From contig RSEE01000058.1 of assembly GCA_003971905.1 (NCBI GenBank), forward strand, positions 186,001-250,000: DNA of 64,000 nt. The letters are read 5' to 3'. Numbering within the stretch: the first letter of the stretch is position 1; each line of letters starts with the position of its first letter. The stretch is from Moniliella sp. 'wahieum' (lineage: Eukaryota). The notes beneath the pieces are model-generated. The model searched no databases. It saw nothing but the letters and a program-made list of their open reading frames with translations, and was not told the DNA's origin. The position numbers were made by a program, and so were the translations under genes. Of this stretch, positions 39,554 to 52,453 are shown in pieces.

Positions 39554-40312
39554 GATGGTCTGCCATGCATCGTCATATCATGGCTAGCCACGATCGGACT
39601 AGGTTGAGTTTGGGAACGAGCGCTGGGACGGGGTTCGAGAGGCAAAGAGAGCGCATCCTAGGTTCAACTATAATAAGCTTTTCCCAGTTTCTACAGTCCG
39701 TTTGTCCTGACATGTGACATGGGACATGGGACAGGGACAGTAGCCTGCCTCCCAAATATTGTTGTGGCACTGATAGAGTACTCAGACTGAGTGCCGAGCG
39801 CTGAGCGCGTTGTCACCGGACTCTCGCGGTCTCGTCCCCACAGCGCCGATAGAGCGCATAGCACCGAGCTATATACAACCGAGCTGTATGCGCCACCAGC
39901 TATAGATACCATCAGCAACCAATCACCAACTGCTACTACCAACTACTACGCTACTACTTCTGTATATAGCTTCTTCCGGATTCATTGCCGAGGGCTTGGA
40001 TTCGTGAGTGCACCCAACTGTCCTCTCAGATCTCACACTCCTACTATATACTACACTACGTGTTGTACACACTTGCGTCGTATTACGCCCGGAAACGCCA
40101 CCACTTGTACTAGTGTTAGTTGTACGGTGCTTGTCCTGATAAGGTATCGTCGCGGCCTACTGGGTACCGCTAACGGGGGTCACCGGTCACACCGCACGCA
40201 GTTTTTAAGCTGGAGAGCCAGACCGTCGCTCATATGGGCCTCCCGACCCATCGACGTCCCCTCCTTGCCTCCGATTCGAGATCTGACATCGGAGGACTGT
40301 TCTATAGGGGTA

Positions 40313-40374
40313 AGATCGGTGGTAAAGGATCAATGGTAGAGGATCGATGGTAGAGGATCGGTGGTAGAGCATCG
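40313..40374. repeat. 14-bp tandem repeat (GGATCGATGGTAGA-like), about 4 copies
   Basis: agatcggtggtaa aggatcaatggtag aggatcgatggtag aggatcggtggtag agcatcg. Confidence 0.85.
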
Positions 40375-40795
40375 ACGTGTAGTACTCGTACAGCCTGAGA
40401 TTCGGGCTTCTCATCACCCTCCCCAACCCGTTCTACAAGTTACCTCAGTTGACTGAGTACTGAGTACTGAGTGAGTACTAGTAGTACTGATCCCTAGCAC
40501 TCGTACTATGATACTAACACGATAGCCTGCAGTGTACGGGGGTGCGGTGCCTGTCTGCCTACCAGTCCTATAGTACTCGTGCCCGTTGCCCGTTGCCCAT
40601 AGTTTACTTTCCTCGCCCTTCCCGCTTGTGCTTCCCTCTGCTCCCCTTTCTGTCCTAGCACATGATGAGAGCGATACATGCATATCTTTCACGGGGACTG
40701 GACGCGAGCCAAGGTGGCGTGGACAAGACGTGGGACCGTGCCGTGCTGGTAACCCAAAGCCCACGAACCGGGAGCTGGAGTTAGAAACCTTAAGA

Positions 40796-43700
40796 CTAAG
40801 CCATCTTGACATCCTCCTCGACCTGTTCAAACCCAGGGTTCTTGTGGAGAATGACAAACGTCTCCAACACCGACGCATAGGACAAGTACTCTTCCGTCGC
40901 CATCTCTGCACGTCTTCCGTGTTCAACCGGACCGGCGTGTCGTGGGTCTGGAAACCCGAGATGGTACGTGGCGTACCAGCTTGACCCGTCGTGTCTACCG
41001 CCTTGCCCACCCGCACCGACACGGGAAGCGGTTTCAGTGCCTCATCGTACGTGACCAAGAACCGAGGGTAGATCGCAGGCGCAGTAGGTACAGCAAGTAA
41101 CTTCCCGTCCGACCGTAAACTCAGTACTGTCCAGGCAGGCTACCAGCGTACCGATCAGTCCGGCTGACGCGGCGCGGCCCAACAGTTGTCGGTCGGTATG
41201 GAACGGGTTGATGTTCAACAACCCTTTGCCCAGTACCACCAAGCCCTGTGCCACCCGCTGGCAATAGCGCATTGGCCTGCGACGCATAGTACCCAGCCAA
41301 TTGCCGCAACAGTTGCGCCAGCTTGGCATTGTTCGTACCGCACCCAACAAAGCCCATGGCCAAAATCGCATTGATCGCCACATCCAGATCCGTGTCGTGG
41401 GAGTACTTGCTCAACGTATCAATCACCTCCGTCTGCGGACGCGACGCATAGAGCAATGCCAAGGCCAGCGGCACGGCACGACGAATGCCCGCCTCACCAT
41501 AGTGCATCAGATGCCGCAGGTGCCGCAACGACATGTCCGCCCCCACATCCTCCCCCATTGCTACCAACGCAATCCCAAATACCGCGTAGGACTGGTACAG
41601 TTCCGCATTCGGCGGCAGCGTCTTGTCCTCCTCATCCTCCTCTTCCTCCTCGCCAGCCCCGGCGCCGGCCGACTCGGACTTTTTCAATGCATCGGCCGGG
41701 TTCTCAAGACACACGTGCAACAGCTTTTGAATCTTGAGCACGTTGCCCGTCCCGGCATACGCGGCGGCCTCGACCAGCACCTCGGTTTGCCGGCCAATCG
41801 GATGTTCGACAATCTTGAGTGTTTCCAAGATGGCTTCATCCGCGTCTTGCCGCGCCAAAAAGAGTCGCCAGCCCGGCCGAGAAGAAGCGGGACCACTTGG
41901 AGTCCAAATCCTGTCGGAGCGGGTCAAGAGTGCATCCATCAGGTCCGGCACCGCCTCCTCGTGCGCCGAACCAGGCGCAATGAACCCGATCGCCAAGCGG
42001 CCAGACTGGCAACTTGCATCGAGTGCGAAGGATCTTGAATCAACGGCAAGAGCGAACCAGTGATAATGTCGTCCCGCTGCGAACCGGCATAGGCAATGGC
42101 CAATCCGATCACGGCACTCGCCTTGAGCGCATTGGAACTGCCCTCCAAATGCTCACTCAACAGCGCAAGTGGCGCATCCACCTCGGTCCGAATTCCAGCA
42201 TGCGTCAGACCCGTCGCAATCAACGCACCGGCCTTGACGTATTCTTCACTGCTGTACGTGTACTTGTCCACCGCACTCAGGCCGCCTTCCGTGTCCCACA
42301 ACATGCTCAATCCGAGCGATGCAGTAGCCGAGATCATGCCCTCGTCCTTGGTCTTGTAGATCCACGACTCGCCCTCCGGCGCGGCCGCCATCAACGGATC
42401 GTTCCCACATCCTGCATTGACAAACGCATTGACAAACGCGGGCCAAGTTGCCGCGGGCGGAATCGATGCCCGAGCTGAGCGCGGAACGGCCCGTGTCGGG
42501 ACCAAGGTAGGACTTGTACACATCCTCAATCGTCTTGGGCTCAAACACATTCAGTTCCTTGGCAAACCAAATAAACGTTTCCGATAGCTTGGTGTTGGAA
42601 ATGCATTCGACCAGTTCCGTATCTTCGATCGGTGCGTCTTCCTCCTGCACCCACTCAATCGGGATGTGGTTGCGACCAAGAAGGAAGCCAAGTTGCTTGC
42701 GCATAATGGGCGACTTGGGAGCCCAAAAGTCTTCCTTGATCAACTCGCGATCGCCCATCCGAATGGCCACAATGAGCGCCTCGTTGAACCGGTCGTGCGC
42801 ACGCAGAATCGTATGCGCCGTCCGCAAAAATTGAACATCGTCCGGCGGGACCAGAAGCGAGACACACGAAAGCATGTACCGGCACACACGGTCGTACGTC
42901 TGCTCGTCCACAAACGGAGGCAGGCGCTCGATCGCCTCCAGCTCCAACAACAGATCCACCGCATCCGCCTCCGCATTGTGCTTGAGCGAAAAGGGAACCA
43001 CAAGAAGTGCCATGTCAAGCAGGTCTTGGTACGTTGCCGTGCTGGCCGTGGGGATACGCTCCGACCCGGGCTCCGCAGAGTCCGCACCGGATTCCGTCGG
43101 CGGCACCGCGGCCGCAGGAACGCCCGTAGCTTTCTTGAGTGCTACCGCACCGGCACCATGTTCGCCCCGCTGAACACGCGAGTTGTACTCGTCCCCAATC
43201 TCGGCGGCGAGGTGGCGCATGTACTCGTGCCCCCACACACCGGGCTCGTTGGCATCCGTCTCGGGGCCAGTCTCGTTGGCTTGGGCATACGACTTGACAG
43301 CAGCAATGCGGAAAGCGAGTGTGTCGCGCGCCCCGTTGTCCGAGTAGGTCATCGCCAACACCGATAAGATCTCAGCAAACAGCGCACGGTCCCGACTTGC
43401 CTCGGCCCAGTACGCATTGGCCTCTGGCGCAGCCTGTGGCTCCGTGCCAGCATACAACGCCTTCAGACGGGGGTAGTGCGGACGAAGAAACTTGAGGGGC
43501 TTGGGGACCGACGTCATGGACGAAGTGCGGTCCGGATGAGAGTACGAAGCGATTCGAGTGCGGGACGGTAGAGCGTAGTAGCAGGCTCGGTCAACCGTTC
43601 CACCAACATCTCCAGCTCACCTCGAAGCGCCGCATCCTCCTCGTTCTCCTCTTGCTCCTTCTTCTTGTTGGCAAGGTTGCGCAAGTTCGGGTCGCCTTCT

Positions 43701-43806
43701 TCCCCGGCAGTATTCTCCTTGGCACGCTCAACTTCCTTGGCCTCGTCCGTCGGCGGCGGGTCGCGCGCGGAACAGCAATCGACTCCTCCTCCGCAAATGG
43801 CGGCAT
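40796..43806 (-). CDS. RPN1: 26S proteasome regulatory subunit Rpn1 (PSMD2)
   Basis: [94 protein letters not shown]. Confidence 0.97.
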
Positions 43807-44627
43807 GGTCACTGGCTGGTGGTAGGGAAGAGCACAGCTCACTCACCGCCTACCCTCCCAGGTGGGGGCCAGCGGCGGCTTCGCGTGGCCAGCTGACGCG
43901 TCCGGCACGTTTCCGCCCCGCGGCGGAATGCACCCAGCGGGTTGCGCCCAGCCAGTGCGCTGTCACCCGTCCACACCCTCACCGCTCACTCGGTTCCGGA
44001 ATGCCACCCGGTGCTCACGTAATCGACGCGTAATCCCCCGCTTCGCCTCTTCGATGGGAGCCCGGCGAACGGCTCATGGTGAGCTCACCGTTGCTCAAGA
44101 GCACGGAACGTAGGAACGCTCAAGAACTACAAGACCCAAGTTAACCCCCAGGACACACAAGTCGGCAGGCGAAGCATAGAAACGGGGTTGGAGCGGAAAC
44201 AAAGAAGAGGGATCTATGGGTATGAAGAAGAATGTGGTGAACGGCACGGGTGGTCTCCCGCGCGTCTCCATGTCCGTCAGGCGAGAGGCGGACAGAAGCG
44301 GTAGAGGAGCAAGGCGAATGAGGAGGAGACGAAATATGAAGAAAAAATGAAGGAAAATCAAGGTGCGATCGATACAAGGACGCGGGCCCATCTGTATCTG
44401 AGGTTGGGCCCGTCGCGCAGGAAGAGCAGGGCCCAACATCAACATCAATCCCAAGCAGCCAAGCAACCATAGTAGCCAGCAACCAAAGGTAATCAAAGCA
44501 ACCAGGCAAGCACAAGTGGCAAGGAAATGAAAAGAAAAGAAAAGAAACAGATGGCAACATGCAAGCACAGCGGGGGGGAATCAATGCAACGGTATTTATC
44601 GCCACACAGGGAACACGATGAAGGGGC

Positions 44628-45955
44628 TTAGAACAGCGTCACACCGGCCACCAGGGCCGCGGTGAAGACCAAGGCCGAGCCGAGGTAGGACGTACGTCCA
44701 GCACAGGGGACTTGCTGGTGGACGAAGAGCCACCGGCGGCGGCACTACCACTGGCACTGGCACTTGCGCCGTGGGATTTGGACGCACCGGCCGAGTGGCT
44801 GTGGGACGAGGGTGCGACATAGCCTACACCCAGCAACCCGTTCTTGATGGAGGATGCGGTGGTGCACGCGCTCGGAGTGGGGTACGAGTACGGCGCCGAA
44901 GGCGTAACCTGATCCGACTGTGCATTTTGGAACGATAGGCAGTAGCTCCGACAGTGTAGATGCCCGAAAAGTACTGCTGGAAGGTAGAGGTGGAACCGTC
45001 GGGTTGCGGGTACAGGCCAGGAGGGTACGCAGCATCCGCCTCGCACGACTCGAACGTACCGGCGGTAAGTGGCAGCTGGGCCATGACAAACGAACATCCC
45101 ATCTCGTCGAGCGTGTGCTGGCACTCAACCGTCGGAGTGGCCTGGTCCGAACCGGCAATGCACACACGGAAGCAGATCTCCGAGGAGGAAATGTAGTTCA
45201 TCCACTCTCGTAAAACACATCCGTCTTGCCATCCACAATGTTGGACGTGACATTGCCACCGACTGGGTTGCCCATGTTGGTCGCACCGTGCGGGTCAAGC
45301 TCTCCGCCCGAGTCGCCGGGGCGAGGTTGATGTTGGTAAAGTCGCCCAGCGCATAGAGCTGGATGTAAAGCGGCGTCTTGACAAACTGAACCGCCGTCAC
45401 GGTTCCGTCGGGCTACAGGGCACGACACAGGCACCAGTCAGCAGCAGCAATAAGAAGAAGCAGGCAGGGGGGGAGAACGTACGATGACACGGGCATTGTT
45501 ACGTTGCTTGGTGCAGTAGGCAACCGTGGTCTGTTCCAGGTCACCGAGGGTGTCGGTGTTGTTGAGGGGAGAGGACCAAAGGTGCACCAGTCGTCAATGG
45601 AGTTGAGCGTGGCCAGACGGGCGTCGGAGGACTGATTGAGAGGCGTGTTGAGCGACGGCTTGTCGGGGTTGGTCGGGCCGTTCTTGCCACGGCCCTGGAC
45701 GCCAAAGTAGGTGTTGCTGGGTGTGCCGTAGGAAAACGGGGCGGGCTGGCGGTGGACCAGATGCCGGCCGAGCTGGACTTGTGGGCACTGGAGGGCAGGG
45801 GCATGGTAGTGACTACGCTCACCGACGTCTTGGCCGCACGGCGTTCGAGGCCGGGGTGGCGGCGGGTGGTTGTTGCCACGGTAAACGAGGGTGTGGGCAG
45901 AGGCACTGCTGACTGCAGCGAGCGCTGCGACGAGAGACGCGCCAGCGAGGTGCAT
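44628..45955 (-). CDS. Secreted, probably GPI-anchored mannoprotein (Cryptococcus MP88 / macrophage-activating glycoprotein-like)
   Basis: Signal peptide MHLAGASLVAALAAVSSASA; LNSIDDWCTFGP; PDGTVTAVQFVKTPLYIQ; GGELDPHGATNMGNPVGG; WMNYISSSEICFRVC; Ser/Ala-rich tail with hydrophobic end. Intron ~45414-45482. Confidence 0.8.
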
Positions 45956-48206
45956 GATGGAGAGCAGGGGCAGGGACGGAGGGGAGGGGAGGGGAGGGGA
46001 GGCGGGATGGAGAGGTGTTGATGGAGGAAGGGGGAGGAGAGAGAGGTGGGCGGGAGAGGTGGTGCGGTGGCGATCGTCGGCGAGGCAGGCGCAGGCCAAG
46101 TGTGGCTGGGGAGTAGAATGTGGATTCTTCCAGAGTGCCTGGCAGCGATGGCTGATGGCTGGTGGGTGATCGATAATGGATACTCGATACGGGCTAATCG
46201 CATGGCAGTAGTAACTAGTAACTAGTAACTAGTAACCCTCCACCCTGCCACGGACGCCTTGCCGCGCGCAGACGCATCTGCTTGCACCGGCGCCACGCCC
46301 CTGGCGCTGTGCGCGGTGCGTGGCCATGGTTAGTGCGTTTATGCATTATGCATTATGGCTGGCCGTGGCAGGCGGTGGCTGTGGCTGGTGGGCCGGGGGC
46401 AGCAGGCAGGGCGCCCGTGTGGGGGCTTGCATGGCCTGGCGCGGCCCGAGAAGCCGCGTGGCAGATCGAGGCGCACGCGCACTTGCCCTGCGCCCACCGC
46501 CCCTTCCACCCTGGCCGGGCGCATCTCTTGCCAGGTCCCCGTGGCGTCACTCCCCCGCGCCTGGCCGCCTCTCGCCCTCGCGCTGATCCGATCATCCCGT
46601 GTGGAGCCGTCACGCGTCATGCATCGTCCATCGTCCATCATCCATCCCAGATTCAGCTCGGGCTCGTTTAAGCCGATCTAGCAGACGGGAGTGCGCGCTA
46701 GTCGAATCCCAGGTGCAAACTCATATTCATTGCTACTGGCTAATCGCTAATCGCGCACCGAGCTAGCCCCGTCGCACCCACCGCAGCAAGCGCTACAAAC
46801 AAGGCACGCCTCCAGCCGCCTTGTCTAGTTACTAGTTTCTCCCCCTGGGCCGAGGCAGGTACGTGCGTACGCACCCGGCGACCCTTCTCGCGCGAACGGC
46901 TCTGGTGCGTGGCTGCCTGTGGCTGCGCGCCCGCCGTCGTGCCAAAAGTCGCCGCCTCGCGCATCCTACTAGCTTCAGCAAGCATTAAGCAAGAGGCAGA
47001 ACGTCACCCATCACGCGGTGTTGTGCATTGCACCTGTTCGCGCCGCGCAGCATAGTGCCTCGCATGCCCTGGCTGGCCCCACTCTATCATCTCAGAATTT
47101 CAGAGCTGTGTCGCGCGTATTCGGCTCCCCAGCGCCCAGCCCACCTTCCGTGCCTCTCGGCTTTCCTCGTCGGTCATCCGGTCACCTCCAGCCCGACCGC
47201 CATCTGCCCCACTCAGCCACCCCCCAGCCCAGCCAGTGACGAGTGACGCGTGACGAGTGATCGACCACCTTCTGTCTGCTGGCAGTCTTCCCCTGCCCCC
47301 GAGAAAGCCCACGACCTCTTTGCAATGATAAGCCTGGTCAAATTTCAAAGACCAAAAGAACCGGGACATGAATATTGAATGGACAGGCGCGAACCTTGGT
47401 TAGCAAGTGACGATCAGCCAAGTGCGGGTGCAGCAGTACCCGGTGTGGAGGTATGGGACGATGATATGCACATACTCTCCCTGCGATAGATGGGGCAGGG
47501 ACGAGCAATGCCCGAACCGTGTCCATCATAGTCATCAGGAGCTCTCCTCAGCTACCTTTGTAAGTAGCTGGTCGTCGACTTCTACTTGTCCTACTTCGAA
47601 GCCTAAGGCCTCCGGAGTTTGGTCTCATCGGCTTCACCGACCATTGAATATTGACTCGTAAGCCAAGCGAAACATCGCGGCCCATTGTTCCCTCCCCTGT
47701 CCTCCCTCTCTCTGGTCGTTCTGGAGCACGGCTGCCGCTCAGAAAGGAACGTTGTAGCGTCAAACGTGTATCCGCTAATCTCTCCGAGAGTGACAACATA
47801 TCCCATTCATCGATCATCAGTCGGCCTCAGGGCCTGAGGCAGGTCTGATCCCCCCAACACGGATCCCATTGACCGTTGTCTCTACAATCTTGACTTGACT
47901 CAGTACTCATGCCCCTAGGTTCCCCCATCGCCAAGCACCAATCAACACTGACCCACTCTGCGTCCACCAGCACGCCCATCAAACACCGGACCACCAGCAG
48001 TTGCGTGCACAGGAGGGACCGCACCAGCCTGTGTCACCCCTCACAAGAGCCCGAAAACCATACTGAATTGATCGTACAAAGGACCGCATGCTGACAGCCC
48101 CACGTACTCCTAAACCAACCGTCCGACGTACCCAGGGCCGAACCCGCATGTGCATCAGTCGTCACTCACTCGGACCCAGACCAGAGGTTAGAGGCTAGGC
48201 CATAGG

Positions 48207-48876
48207 TTAGGCCGTCGCTTGGGGTTGGGCAGGGTGAGCGTGGTGGGCCTGCATCCGATGGGCCAAGACAATCGGCGCGATCTGGCCGGCTGTAGCCCAC
48301 CGCCCCTCTGCCCCAGCCGGAAGCGTCGACTCGTTCCGAATCACACTGCCAATCGACATGAAGAAGCTAGCCAAGCATCCTGCACCGTCAGTCCCGTCCT
48401 AGTTCCCGAGTACCCGGGGCAGTACTCGGGGTACACGGTGTATCCGGTATTCGCCCCCTCCCCACCCCCACGACCGAAGAACGAAAGAACGAGGGAACGA
48501 AGTACGTACCCAAACGTAGCTGCTGACGTGCCCATGAACTGGCAGAGCGTAGCCATCGCCCCGCGAGGCCCAGGACCAGCACTGTTTTCCCCCCGCGTCC
48601 ACCGCACCCCGTACCCCAAACACCCAAAACACACAAAAGTCAGCTCTTCCCCGCGCAGTCTACCCCCTCGCAAAAAGAACACGCGAAGGTGGGGGTTACC
48701 GGTTACCGGTTACCGCTTATCGGTTATGGGAGGACGTACCGCATGATCTGCAGGAACCCGCCAATGAACCCAATTGTCAACCCCACCCATACCCATCATC
48801 GCGCCCATCCCTAGCTTTTGCCAAAAGGTGGGCTGCACAGGCTGCTGCTGCTGTGCACCTGCTGCGCGTTGGACAT
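48207..48876 (-). CDS. MGR2: Mgr2/Romo1, TIM23 complex subunit
   Basis: Three exons: FWQKLGMGAMMG..IGFIGGFLQIMR | AGPGPRGAMATLCQFMGTSAATFG | FFMSIGSVIR. Introns 48582-48739 and ~48367-48509 with GTACGT donors. Confidence 0.9.
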
Positions 48877-50563
48877 GTGGCGATGGAGTGGGTGCACTGA
48901 GTACTCGAGTACTGAGTGTACTGAGTTCAGGACTGTAGTCCAGTATTGAGCAACTGAGTACCTGAGTAGTCTTGGAACTAAACTGGCTTGGCCTCTGGGG
49001 CCAGAGCGCCTGAGCCTCAGGGCGGATTCTCAGGGTCGGCTTGTCAGATCTCAAGCATCTGCCGCCCCCTTCCCCCGCCTCCCCCACACGGGCCGAAACC
49101 AGAGCGAATCATGCGGGCGGAACGAGGGGCGGAACCAGGGGCGGAACTCTCCGTTTTGCCCCACAAGCTGTTTTGGAACCGGTCTCGGCACCGCGACACG
49201 TGACGATTGACCGTGACGGGTGACGCACGCTTTCAAGCAGTCAAATTCTACATTTCAAAACTGGACTCCCATCACGTCACGCAGCTAGCCCAGTAGCCGC
49301 AGATTAATGATTCGATTTGCCATTCACCGCGACACGGCTTGTACTTGCAATTTCAACTGCATCCCTCTTGAAGCTTGAGCCCACGACCTGGGGAACCCCC
49401 TCCCCACCGCAGGGGGGATGATGATCAATGAAGCTAGAAGATCCGTCAGTACTCAGTTGCACAACGAACAGCAGTCTCCCGTTTTGGCCCCGTCCTCCCA
49501 TCTCGCCCTCAACGTGGGGATCCCTCCCCCCACCTCCATCGGACCATCTCCTAACACAATGCAGGATCACATGACGTAGGATGTCACTCGTTCCTGTGCT
49601 GGACCATGGTGCATGGTGCATGGTGCCTTCCTCGTCGCCTTGAAGAGCCCCTTCCAGCTCCCAACTAAACGTTAAACCTGGAAGAGTTCATGCTCCCCCC
49701 CCCCCCCCCTTCGTCCTTATGTCCCAGGACTGTATTCGAGGCATCTTGCACGACATGTCGACCCACATCAACTTTTTTCCCGGGCCGTACCCGCGTCACG
49801 GACCGTCTGCCGTATTTCGGTCGCTTTCTTCCGTCCGACTGGCCCGGGTACCAAGCGCACCAGCGGCTTTTGGCCTGCCACATCTGCTTCGTTGCCATGT
49901 CAGGCAGAGGTTACCTATTACGGGCCTGAGCCCAGCTACGCGGGTACGCGGGTATGCGGTGCCCCGCTTGGTCCGTCACGACAGTGGGCAAGCTATGTCG
50001 CTCTGCTCACGCCTCGGCTAACGCGCCACCCACTGGCTGGGGGAACTTAAGGTGCAACCCCCGCAACTACCTGGAGATAACGATAACCTTTACGCAACCG
50101 CAACCGCAACTGCAACCGCATACAGATACAATCCGGCCCCCAAGGTCGTCTCCATCTCCCTCCCTGGACTGGGCTCTTCTGCTCTTCTTCTCTCTAGTTA
50201 CTAGTGATCTCACCTCTAACTTGTCACTTGCCACTTCTGACGTCTACTAGGATCTCAGGCCGTTTCCAACCAGTCTCCGTCCCTCTTACTGCGTGCTAAC
50301 CCAGTATACTCACCACGCAAATACGAATGGGCTATTGGACACATTGGTAGAGGCAAAGGTAGTTCCACAGTCATAGGCAGGCCAGGACGAACCCACGCAG
50401 CATGTCCAGCAATCACAAAAGGCAGCAAACAAAGGCTAATAAGTAGAATGGTGCCCACCCCCAACCCAAGGGTTGGATTGGATCGGATTGGACTGGATTG
50501 GAATGGAATGGAATGGATTGGGGTGAAGTGGGGGTGGGGGGTGGATGTTGAGGGGAGGGGCAG

Positions 50564-51459
50564 TTACTTTTTTGCCGAACCCGTTCCATTGACCGAATTC
50601 CACTGGCTCCGGCCGCCCATGAGGGCAGTGATAAACCCAGCGGCACCCAGCACACCTTCGTTGAAGTGCAAGTACTCCAGCGACGTGGCCGGAAGAATAA
50701 AGTCGATCGCGTCCTGGGTCATCTGGCGACGGACCGAGTACTGTTCCTTGAGCACTTGCACGTACTGCGTCTTGCGTTCGGCCTCCTTCTCGGCCGACGC
50801 AACGGGGCGGGAAACAGCAGCCAGACGCTGGCGGATCACATAGCTCTTGTACGTCCCGACACGAGCGAGAAGGACAATCCAAACAGCCAGAACCGCGCCG
50901 CCGTACGCGAAATGAACTTGGCCGTGTCCGGCGCAAACTGGTACACCTTGGCCCCATTCACCCACTGCAACAAATCAAACACGAGGTACACAGCGTACCC
51001 CAGTTGACGCCCGATCGCCGTCACACAGCACAGGGTCTTGGATCGCCAACGCCTTCGTGGCCGATTGGATGTGCTCCAAAAACTTGCCCGCACGCATCAC
51101 TGCAGCCAGATGCATAAGGTCAGTCGCAAGCTCCACACGCGAGGGGAGCCGTCGGAGCCAAACGTACGTTTCCGCGTCAGACCAATCTGCGACTTGAGCG
51201 CACTAAAGCGGTCAACGACCGCCTTGGATGCGCCCTGACGGTACTCGTACCACGCCAGAAGCGGGACGCATACTGGATGGTACGGTAGGTCTTGTCGCGG
51301 CCGACAGTGGTCGACCAGAAGCGGAGCTAAGGGGGGGGGGGGGGAGGGTCAGAGGCAACGTCGCGGGACGCAGGGGGGCAGTTGGCGCGGGCGGAGGGGG
51401 GCAGGACACACCGTCTGGGTGAGGTAGGGGTGGAGGACGATCTGCTGGACAGCGGCCAT
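50564..51459 (-). CDS. PEX11: Peroxisomal biogenesis factor 11
   Basis: MAAVQQIVLHP, TTVGRDKTYRTIQYASRFLAWY, MRAGKFLEH, IGRQLGYAVYLVFD, AARFWLFGLSFSL, NEGVLGAAGFITALMG..QW. Two introns. Confidence 0.92.
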
Positions 51460-51540
51460 TGCGGAGGAAGACAAGGAGGAGGCGGTGGTGGTGGGAGGAG
51501 GAGGTAGAGGAGGGCGCGAATGGGCGGGTATCGCAACGTG

Positions 51541-51573
51541 CGGGTGCGGGTGCGGGTGCGGGTGCGGGTGCGG
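51541..51573. repeat. (CGGGTG)5 microsatellite upstream of PEX11
   Basis: Five GGG tracts with 3-nt loops. Confidence 0.9.
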
Positions 51574-52103
51574 CTGGCTTGTGGGCGGCCTGGAGCCGGA
51601 ATATGAATCGCAGTGCTTGACCGTTTCAACCCCCCGATCCGGCAACTCCGGCTCCCGCTTCCGCCCTGCCACGCGCCACGTGACAGCCGCGCGTGCTCGG
51701 CTCGCGCCGTGCCGCCTGCATTACGCATTCACACGTCCCCCTGGCCCCCTCCGGCGCAGCCTGCAGCCTGTACCCCCCCGCCGACGTCATTAATCATTGC
51801 GCCACCGCTGATGCTCACCGCTCATGCACACCGCTCACGCACACCGCCCATCCGCCGCCGCCGCACCCTGCTGTTCCCGAAGACCGCCCTGGTGCCCTGG
51901 TGCGGGACGCTCGATGACAGCGCCGGCACACACACAGCCCGCGTGCGGGCCCACTTGCACCTCCTCTCCCATTTCACATCTCGCGTCGCACCCCGCATCA
52001 CATGATCGGTGCGTCAGCGGGTCCGCAGGCCGCATGCCACTCCTTCCCCGTTTCAAATTTGCCCGGCCTTGGAGCTTGAGCTTGAAATTGCTGGCTCCAT
52101 GCA

Positions 52104-52115
52104 GGTCACGTGACC
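52104..52115. promoter_or_regulatory. Palindromic E-box GGTCACGTGACC (Cbf1/bHLH-type) in the Pex11/eIF3f divergent promoter
   Basis: Perfect 12-bp palindrome. Further CACGTG sites at 51677 and ~52156, and upstream of MGR2 at 49197. Confidence 0.4.
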
Positions 52116-52453
52116 GTCTCCGGATCCCGGACATTGCACCGATTGTCCACCGACATCACGTGGCCAGTCCAGTCCACTTGGCTGAGCTCAGCGGCTCAGT
52201 CAGGGGCAGGTTTGACACTTTCACTTCCCCCAGGGCGGAGTTGGCTGACTAGGGGGAGGCGCGCGCAATTCCGCCCGCCGCCGAAGATTTTTTCCTCGGC
52301 TCGGGGCCAGTCTTGCAGCTGCGGCTGCCTGGGCCGGCGGATCCTCCCCCGACGCTCCATCACACGCCAGCCAGCCCGCCAGGCGCCCTCGTCTTCGGTC
52401 GTCTTCGTCTCGTCCTCGACCTCGCCCCCCCCCTGCCATCGACACTGCCCACC

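Noticed and set aside
39478..40374. Tandem repeats as a possible CRISPR array or telomere
   Set aside because: Units are 7-14 bp with no unique spacers, the context is eukaryotic, and there is no (TTAGGG)n run.
27518..44008. PACE-like TGCCACC upstream of PRE2 and RPN1, and a possible proteasome gene cluster
   Set aside because: The core is short and GC-rich, is common elsewhere in the window and lacks the full GGTGGCAAA. The genes are 12 kb apart.
50496..50520. (GGAAT)n resembling human satellite III contamination
   Set aside because: Only about 3 perfect units within a degenerate pentamer tract contiguous with the PEX11 3' flank.
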